From positions 3,162,001 through 3,226,000 of the forward strand of contig JANHCV010000001.1 in assembly GCA_025594325.1 (NCBI GenBank): 64,000 nt of DNA, given 5' to 3'. This document shows, piece after piece, positions 57,753 to 64,000 of this stretch (positions are counted from its first letter, which is position 1; each line of letters opens with the position of its first letter). The notes beneath the pieces were generated by a model. It saw only the letters and a list, made by a program, of their open reading frames with translations, made no database searches and had not been told where the DNA came from. The DNA is from Blastocladiella emersonii ATCC 22665 (lineage: Eukaryota; Fungi; Blastocladiomycota). Both the position numbers and the translations under genes were made by a program.

Positions 57753-60700
57753 TCACGCAACCACAACCCGCGTCGCAAAGGCGACCCGCCACGTCCGCGG
57801 CGCCGTGTCCGGGACCAGCTTCTTGGTCTCGGCGTCGTACCCGCCCGTCAGGACCACGTCGAACCCGTTGCCGTCGAACGGCGGCGGCGCCGCACCGACG
57901 GGCATCGAGACAAGCGCCGTGCCCGGCTCCTTGGTCGCCCCGGCCACCGCTGGCGCATCGTCGCCCTGCTCGGCGTCCTCGACCACGGCCTCGAACAGAC
58001 TCCCCGGCGCACACACGAGCTCGAGCCCGATCTCCACCGTCTTGCCGACCTCGACGGCCACGGGCGCGGCGCTCGCGGGGACCGAGACAGCGACCACTGC
58101 CTCAACCGCAGGACTCGGCCCGACCGCCGACCGCACCACGCTCGCGAGCACCGGCTTCTTCGGGTCGACCTTGACCCCCACGCCCGGCTTGAGGTGCCGC
58201 ACCGTGAGCGCCGCGGGCCACGTCACGCGCCACACGGTACGGCGGCCGCGCCCGCGCCCGATGCGCCCGACGGGAGTCCACACGAACGTCGCGACCGTCT
58301 CGGCGCTGCCGTTGCCAGTAGGGAGCCCCGTGACGACGAGCCCGTGCGTCCACGCCGTGAACAGGACGCGCACGTCGCGCGCGCCGCCGGGTCCCGGGTG
58401 CTCGGCGCGGAAGTGCGCGCGCTGCGGGACCCCGACCGCTGTCGCCGGGTTCGCCGTCACGGCCACGGTGCACTGCGCGGGAGCACCGCGCGGAGCCAGC
58501 GGGTCGCCGCCCGTCATCGCGAACACAACGTCCAGATGTGCCGCGAGCGTGGTCCCGCGGACAGAGACGGGGAACGCGCCCGTGTTCGTCGCGGCGAGCG
58601 TCCATGTCGCCGACTCGCCCGCGTACAGGTCGCCGAGGTCCCACGTCCACTCGGTCTCGGACGCTGCTGCCACGGTCCCGACAGGCGCGGCGCCGGGCGT
58701 CCAGCTGACCTGCGGGACAAAGCTCGTGGCGGCGAGCGTCACGGCGGTGCACGTCGACTTGGTCCGCAGCTCGATCCGCCGCGTGAACGTTGCGGACGCC
58801 GCGTCAGCCGTGGCAGGCGCGAGGAACGACAGATACACGTCGCCGGTCCCGAGCACCGGGATCGCACGCACCGCGCGCGCGAGGCGGAACGGCTCGCTTC
58901 CGTCGTCGCCAGGCGGGATCACGACGACGAGGTCCGTCAGCTCGTCCGTGGCCTGGTGGTTCGCGACGCGCAGTCGGTGCACGGCCGCGGTGCCCGCGGG
59001 GACCGGGCCAAAGTCGATGGCGGACGTGGATGACGCGGCGAGCGAGAAGGCCGGGCTGACGACCGAGCAGCGGACGGTGACGAACTGGACGGTGCGACGC
59101 GGGCGGAAGTCGGGCGCGATGCGCGACCGGTCGGCGTCGTCGCGCCGCTTCAGTTGCACGACCACGGGCACGCGCAGGACGATGGTGCCCATGAGCTGCG
59201 GCGCGCCGGCCGCGGGCGCCGGCTGCTGCTGCTGCGCCGCGGTCGAAATGGTCGCGTGGGTGTCCTCGTTGCTGCTACCGGGGACGGCAAGCGTCGGCGA
59301 ACTCATCGCTGGCGCCGTCGGGCCGCGCTGCGCCCCGGTAGCTGGCACCGCGGCGGCGCCCGTCGGGCCCGCGACCGACTTGCGGTTGCGCCCCGCGCTC
59401 GGCGTGCGCGGCGACCCGACGGCCGACACGGGTCCCGACTGGACCTGCAGCGACCCGGACTTGCCGCTGCCACTAGCCGACACATCACCCGCGTCGCCTC
59501 CTGCCGGCCCACCATTCGCCGTCTCAGCTCCCGGCGGCACGATCGGGACGAGCGGCGGCGCTGCGCGCCGCGGCGTCCACTGGACGTGCACCGTGACCTT
59601 TTCGCCGAACCCGACCTCGCCGCGCGACGGATGGATCTGCAGACACCGCGCGAGGTCCGTCTGCGCGCCCAGCAGGTCGGCCACGGCGCCCGTCGCGCTG
59701 ACCACGGTCACACCGAGATCCGATGCGTTCGACTGCGCGCTACTCGGCCGCGCAGGCGTCGTGCTGCGCGAAGGCGTCGGGATGTGCAGCGACAGCGCGG
59801 GCGGCGAGGATGGCGCCGTGAGGGTTGTCGGCGAGCCGAGGCGCGGCGACATGGCCGACGTCGGAGACAGACTCCCGCCCGCGGCGCGGATGCCGGCGCT
59901 GCCCGGGCCCGCGGTGATAATCGGCGGAGGTGCAACGCCACTACCGCTCGCGGTGCCTGGCGGCGAGAGCGAGGCGCCGCCCGCCGACTGCGGCGGCGAT
60001 ACGGACGCAGCCACGTCGGGGACCGACGGCGACGGCGGGGCGATGCCGACCTGCGGCGTCTGCGTCCACCCGCCGACGAGGAACCGCGCGCGCTCGGTCG
60101 GGTGCGCCTCGCGGCCGTCCATCTCGCGCGGCGTCAGCACCCACTGGAGCTCGAACTTGCCGCCGACAGCTTTGCCCAGTGCGACGGGCGGCAGTACAAG
60201 CTCGACGTCGCTGACCCGCACAATTGGCTGGTTTGCGTGCCCGGTGACGCGGACCACGGTCTTGCTGGCGGACCCCGCGACGCCCGGGATCAGCGAGTAG
60301 ACGTGCAGCGTGCCGTCGACGGGGCCCGCGTCGGACGGGTGGAAGCACAGGACGCCCTTGGCGGTCGTCGACGGGCCGAGGACGAGGTGGTCGGCGCCGC
60401 CGTCGCCCACGGGGAGAAACGTGATGGGCAGCGTCGCCGAGTGCACCGCGACGTGCTGGACCACGAGCGTCGGGTTCGTGATGGTGAACGGGCGCGTCAT
60501 GCACTCGCCGACGAGCGGCGTGCGGAAGTCTACGTGCCGCGCGCTGACCGAGATGGCCGGGTTGAAGAACTGGCCGCGCAGGACGACCGGGGTCCGCGCC
60601 GTGCCCGGCCACGCGGTCGGCGCCGTGTTGACGACGGAGACCACGAACGGGTGCGTATTCCGCGGCTTGGTCGACTGGGCCGTCGCGTGCAGCGAGATCT

Positions 60701-62498
60701 CGGCGCGGACCTCGATCCCGGCGCCCGGCTGCACGACGCCTGACGCCGGGACCAGGTGCACCGCGACTGCGCTGTGCCCGTTCCCCGTTCCCGGCGCGAG
60801 CTTGAGCCGGAACGGCTGCGCGACCGCGCTCGCGTTGTGCAGCCACAGCCGCTTGCGCAGCACCATGGCCTGCGGCGCGGGCGAGAAGTGGACCGCCGTC
60901 TCGCGCCACGCGAGCGGACGCGCAAAGCCTTGCAGCACGATGGGCATGGTCGCGGCGTGCGCGGCGGGGTCGCTCGAGGTCATGGTCAGCGTGCCGGTGC
61001 GCGGGAGTTCGCCGGCAAAGTCGGCGAGGGCGGCCGGGTCGACGGCGACGGTGACGGTTGTGGAGGCCGAGGGCTCGAGGTCGATGACCGATGGCGAGAT
61101 GGTGAAGATGGCCGGTGTCGCGGTGAGCGTCAGCTGTCCGGCGAGTGTGCCCGAGTTGCGCAGCCCGACCGCCTTCTCGAGTTGGGCCGGCGAAAACTCG
61201 AGCGGCGCGAGCGTGGTGCACTCGGGGTCGAACTTGGGCGCGGCCACGGCGACCGGGAGCGCGACGTGGGTGCCGTTGACGATGAGGCGGACGTGGAGCG
61301 GCGGAAGCTCCTCCGTGGTCGCCAAGTCGAGCAGGGTGACGGTGATGGTCATCCGCTGGCCCTTGACGAGCGACTCGCACCATGACGCGCACTCGACGCG
61401 GAGGTATGGGTCGAGGTCCACGTCGACGGGCAGGACGCGGACTCGCGCCCGCGCGTCGCCCGTGTTGAGCAGCGAGATGGAGAGCTTTGGCCGACTGGCC
61501 GAGACGGTCGGGGCGGCGGGGGTAACGGCGAGGAACGGGCACTCGTCGGCGAGGTTCGGCGGGGATACAGGCGGCAGACGCTCCTCGCGCGGCGCGGGCG
61601 AGCGCGACGGCAGCGGGATGTAGTGCTGCTGGACAACGGCCGGCGGCTCGTGCATGGGCTGGTCGTCGACGACGGTCTCGAGCGCCGCGGCCTCGAGCTT
61701 AGTCAGCCGCGGCGGCACGGCCGGTGGCGGGAACGGCGGAAGCGGCGGGGCCGGGAGCGTCGCGCGGTGGCGGTGCAGGGCGTCGGCGCGCTGTTTGATG
61801 AGGGCGCGCTGTACGGCGGCCTCGTGCGCGACGCGCGCGCGCATCTCGCGCACGTTGTGCTCCTGCGCCTTGGTCCGCTGTGTGATCAGGACCTTGGAGT
61901 CGTGCAGGTGCGTCTGGCTCTTCTGCAGCCGCCGCTCGAGCGCGAGCAGGTTGGTCGAACCCCCGCCGCCACCAGTCAGCGCGACGTAGGGCGGGGTCGG
62001 ACTGCTGCCGCGCCGGCCACCTCCGCCGCCGCTGCCGCCTCCGGCGCTCGAGAGGCTGTTCAGAGAGTTGATGGCGGATGCCGCGCCGCCCTGTTGCGAG
62101 CTGCGGTGGAACGTGTCGCCGGCGCGGAGCTCGCGCGTCGTCAGCGCGAGCTGGTCGAGCGCAGCCTGCTTGCGCCGCTCCTGCTCGGCAAGGGCGCGAG
62201 TCCCGGCGTTTCGCCCGGATTGCCATTTCCCGAGCAGCTGCTTGAACTTGGACTCGTCGGCGGGCGACACGCGCGCAACCGCTGCGAGTTTGGGAGCGGC
62301 TGGTTTCGGGCCGTGGAGGTTTGGGCGACGCCGGCTCGGTACAGCCGGGACCGCTGCGCCGGGTAACCCGAGAGGCGAGGCGAACGCGTTCGGAAGCGCG
62401 CCACCGTCAAACTGGATGCCTGGGAACAGGTCGACGTCGTCGACGTCGGGCCGCGCCGCCGCGGGGCCTCCCGTATCGTCGGGCGCGATCGTATTCAT
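57753..62498 (-). CDS. Cilia/flagella-associated protein, CFAP74-like (N-terminal coiled coil plus tandem ASH/Ig-like domains), intronless
   Basis: Coiled coil, then repeated beta-sandwich motifs (LLNTG, LRNSGTL, LWLHNAS, PASGVVQPG, FTITNPT, IHPSRGEV, IDFGPVP, LGDLYAGE). Family call from recalled architecture. Confidence 0.55.
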   Translation of the reverse strand: MNTIAPDDTGGPAAARPDVDDVDLFPGIQFDGGALPNAFASPLGLPGAAVPAVPSRRRPNLHGPKPAAPKLAAVARVSPADESKFKQLLGKWQSGRNAGTRALAEQERRKQAALDQLALTTRELRAGDTFHRSSQQGGAASAINSLNSLSSAGGGSGGGGGRRGSSPTPPYVALTGGGGGSTNLLALERRLQKSQTHLHDSKVLITQRTKAQEHNVREMRARVAHEAAVQRALIKQRADALHRHRATLPAPPLPPFPPPAVPPRLTKLEAAALETVVDDQPMHEPPAVVQQHYIPLPSRSPAPREERLPPVSPPNLADECPFLAVTPAAPTVSASRPKLSISLLNTGDARARVRVLPVDVDLDPYLRVECASWCESLVKGQRMTITVTLLDLATTEELPPLHVRLIVNGTHVALPVAVAAPKFDPECTTLAPLEFSPAQLEKAVGLRNSGTLAGQLTLTATPAIFTISPSVIDLEPSASTTVTVAVDPAALADFAGELPRTGTLTMTSSDPAAHAATMPIVLQGFARPLAWRETAVHFSPAPQAMVLRKRLWLHNASAVAQPFRLKLAPGTGNGHSAVAVHLVPASGVVQPGAGIEVRAEISLHATAQSTKPRNTHPFVVSVVNTAPTAWPGTARTPVVLRGQFFNPAISVSARHVDFRTPLVGECMTRPFTITNPTLVVQHVAVHSATLPITFLPVGDGGADHLVLGPSTTAKGVLCFHPSDAGPVDGTLHVYSLIPGVAGSASKTVVRVTGHANQPIVRVSDVELVLPPVALGKAVGGKFELQWVLTPREMDGREAHPTERARFLVGGWTQTPQVGIAPPSPSVPDVAASVSPPQSAGGASLSPPGTASGSGVAPPPIITAGPGSAGIRAAGGSLSPTSAMSPRLGSPTTLTAPSSPPALSLHIPTPSRSTTPARPSSAQSNASDLGVTVVSATGAVADLLGAQTDLARCLQIHPSRGEVGFGEKVTVHVQWTPRRAAPPLVPIVPPGAETANGGPAGGDAGDVSASGSGKSGSLQVQSGPVSAVGSPRTPSAGRNRKSVAGPTGAAAVPATGAQRGPTAPAMSSPTLAVPGSSNEDTHATISTAAQQQQPAPAAGAPQLMGTIVLRVPVVVQLKRRDDADRSRIAPDFRPRRTVQFVTVRCSVVSPAFSLAASSTSAIDFGPVPAGTAAVHRLRVANHQATDELTDLVVVIPPGDDGSEPFRLARAVRAIPVLGTGDVYLSFLAPATADAASATFTRRIELRTKSTCTAVTLAATSFVPQVSWTPGAAPVGTVAAASETEWTWDLGDLYAGESATWTLAATNTGAFPVSVRGTTLAAHLDVVFAMTGGDPLAPRGAPAQCTVAVTANPATAVGVPQRAHFRAEHPGPGGARDVRVLFTAWTHGLVVTGLPTGNGSAETVATFVWTPVGRIGRGRGRRTVWRVTWPAALTVRHLKPGVGVKVDPKKPVLASVVRSAVGPSPAVEAVVAVSVPASAAPVAVEVGKTVEIGLELVCAPGSLFEAVVEDAEQGDDAPAVAGATKEPGTALVSMPVGAAPPPFDGNGFDVVLTGGYDAETKKLVPDTAPRTWRVAFATRVVVA

Positions 62499-62728
62499 GG
62501 TGTGGCAGTTGCAGATAGTGTGTGTGGATGCATTTACGTGATCGGCCGGCGACGATGCGGCAACGGACGCGTTCAAGGTCGCGTCGCGAAAACACGTGGG
62601 GCGGGAGACAAATTCCTGCGCCACCCTGCTCGCCCCCGCTTTCGCCACGCCGATCGCATCGTCATGCCTTTCCTCTCGACCCCCGACTGAACATGTATAC
62701 TAGACCGCAGCAGCGCTGCTCGCACACC

Positions 62729-64000
62729 ATGCAACGATTTCTTCTGGCCGCCGCCGCCATCTTGCTCGCCCTCGGCCTCGCCGCGACCCCTGCGGGCGCC
62801 ATCACGTCGCGGCTCGGCCTCGAGATAGAACAGTCCGAAGTCCGCGCGCCCGGCATCGTAGCGTCCGTGACGTGCCTTCTCCCTCTCGACGCGCCGTCCG
62901 TGTACTCGTGCCGGCGGTTCGACTCGGCGCTCGGGTCGGTGCTCAAGGCCATGTCGGTATCCCTAAAACTCGACGGCGCCGCGGCCAACCCCATCCGCAT
63001 CGAGGCCCACTTCATCCCGTTCTGCGAGGAGGCTGTCGACGCCCTCGACGGCGCCGAGGAGGCTGGCACACGGTGCGCATCGGCCATGTCGCACGCCAAC
63101 GCGCTCGCCTTTGCCAGCTCGGTCCGGTACTGGAAGCTGCGCGAGGTCGCGGCACCCGGGAACTGGGCGTTCGCGCCGTCGTGTGTCGTCAAGAACCTCG
63201 CTGGTGCAGGGCTCAAGGTCACGGGCAGCGGTAAGGGCGGCGCAGCGCCCGCGGGCGGGGACAAGTTCAACTTTGAGTACGACGCAGACATAAGGATCCA
63301 GGTTCGGTCCGATTGGGACGGCTGGTACTTTGAGGTACGTTCATCGCGGTGGCCGACCCTGTAAACCGCCGGCTGACCCTGTCGCGCGTAGTCGGCTGCT
63401 TCAGCACCCACACGCAACCAGATGGACATCCGTATCACCATGACGCACGAGCTGCTACACGGCTTCGGCGTTTCCTTTACGGGCCTTGACTCGTCGCTGA
63501 TCCCGGGCCTGACGATTCCATGGCATTTCGGCCCCTCGGGCGGGTACTGGACCAACTGGACCGACGTGATGCCATGGTACCTGCTCCACATGGTCGACGC
63601 GACGACCAAGACGCCCGTGACGGACCTGGTGCGCGCCGTGCAGGCGTGGCAGCCCAAGTCGCGCACCGTGCGCATGGACGATGTGGTGCCGGCCATGCAG
63701 CGCGACGCGCCCGCCGCGTACGCGGCCGCGCAGAAGCTGCAGCAGCTCCTGACGACGCCGCGCGCACTCGCGATCCGTACCGGTGGCGGCAGCGGCGACT
63801 TCGTGTACGTCGACACGTCCGCGGCCAACGTCACGGGCAACTCGGCGGTGCACCTCGACTCGGCGACGTACGGCGCGGCCGCCGACGACGCGATCCTCGT
63901 CCTCGACACGGGCAGCTACATGGGCCGGCCCTGGAACGCGACGCTGGGGCCTGTGCTCGCTGCGACCATGGCCGAGCTCGGGTTCCCGCGCGACGACGAC
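62729..64000 (+). CDS. Secreted zincin-like metalloprotease (HELLHGFG); intron 63335-63391; 3' end beyond window
   Basis: Signal peptide MQRFLLAAAAILLALGLAATPAGA; DWDGWYFE|SAASAPTRNQMDIRITMTHELLHGFG; later GNSAVHLDSATYG and LGPVLAATMAELGFP. Confidence 0.7.

Overview
Gene-dense, very GC-rich eukaryotic DNA with short (about 55-70 nt) GT-AG introns and CTRAC-type branch points. Fungal-type genes (PEP7, RVS167, PEX3, IRC20-like, SLP1) occur with an axonemal CFAP74-like gene, so a zoosporic fungus (Blastocladiomycota-like) is inferred. About 24 protein-coding genes are supported, many as head-to-head or tail-to-tail pairs: ALG8 (partial), HMG-box, IMP2, orphan, snapin-like, eIF4AIII, SF3A3, PEP7, ODC, F-box/LRR, SUN-domain SLP1, SNF2-RING, orphan, 4-LIM paxillin, LRR, divergent Skp1, a ~3,360-aa HR1/Uds1-like coiled coil, CIA30, RVS167, PEX3, PRI2, ANT1, DMT transporter, CFAP74-like and a secreted HEXXH protein (partial). 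The strongest leads are: (1) an AUG-free, apparently twice-spliced ODC leader with an AUU-initiated uORF ending Phe-Pro-Pro-stop and a second frame fused in-frame to ODC; (2) a ~1 kb inverted-repeat-bounded cassette at 31.2-32.2 kb with a small coding-like ORF; (3) a decaying LRR gene next to a divergent Skp1 paralog; (4) a hierarchical 30/30/37-aa 'ADYE' repeat in the giant coiled coil; (5) recurrent AUG-UAA start-stop elements. All family calls are by motif recognition only; no database search was run.
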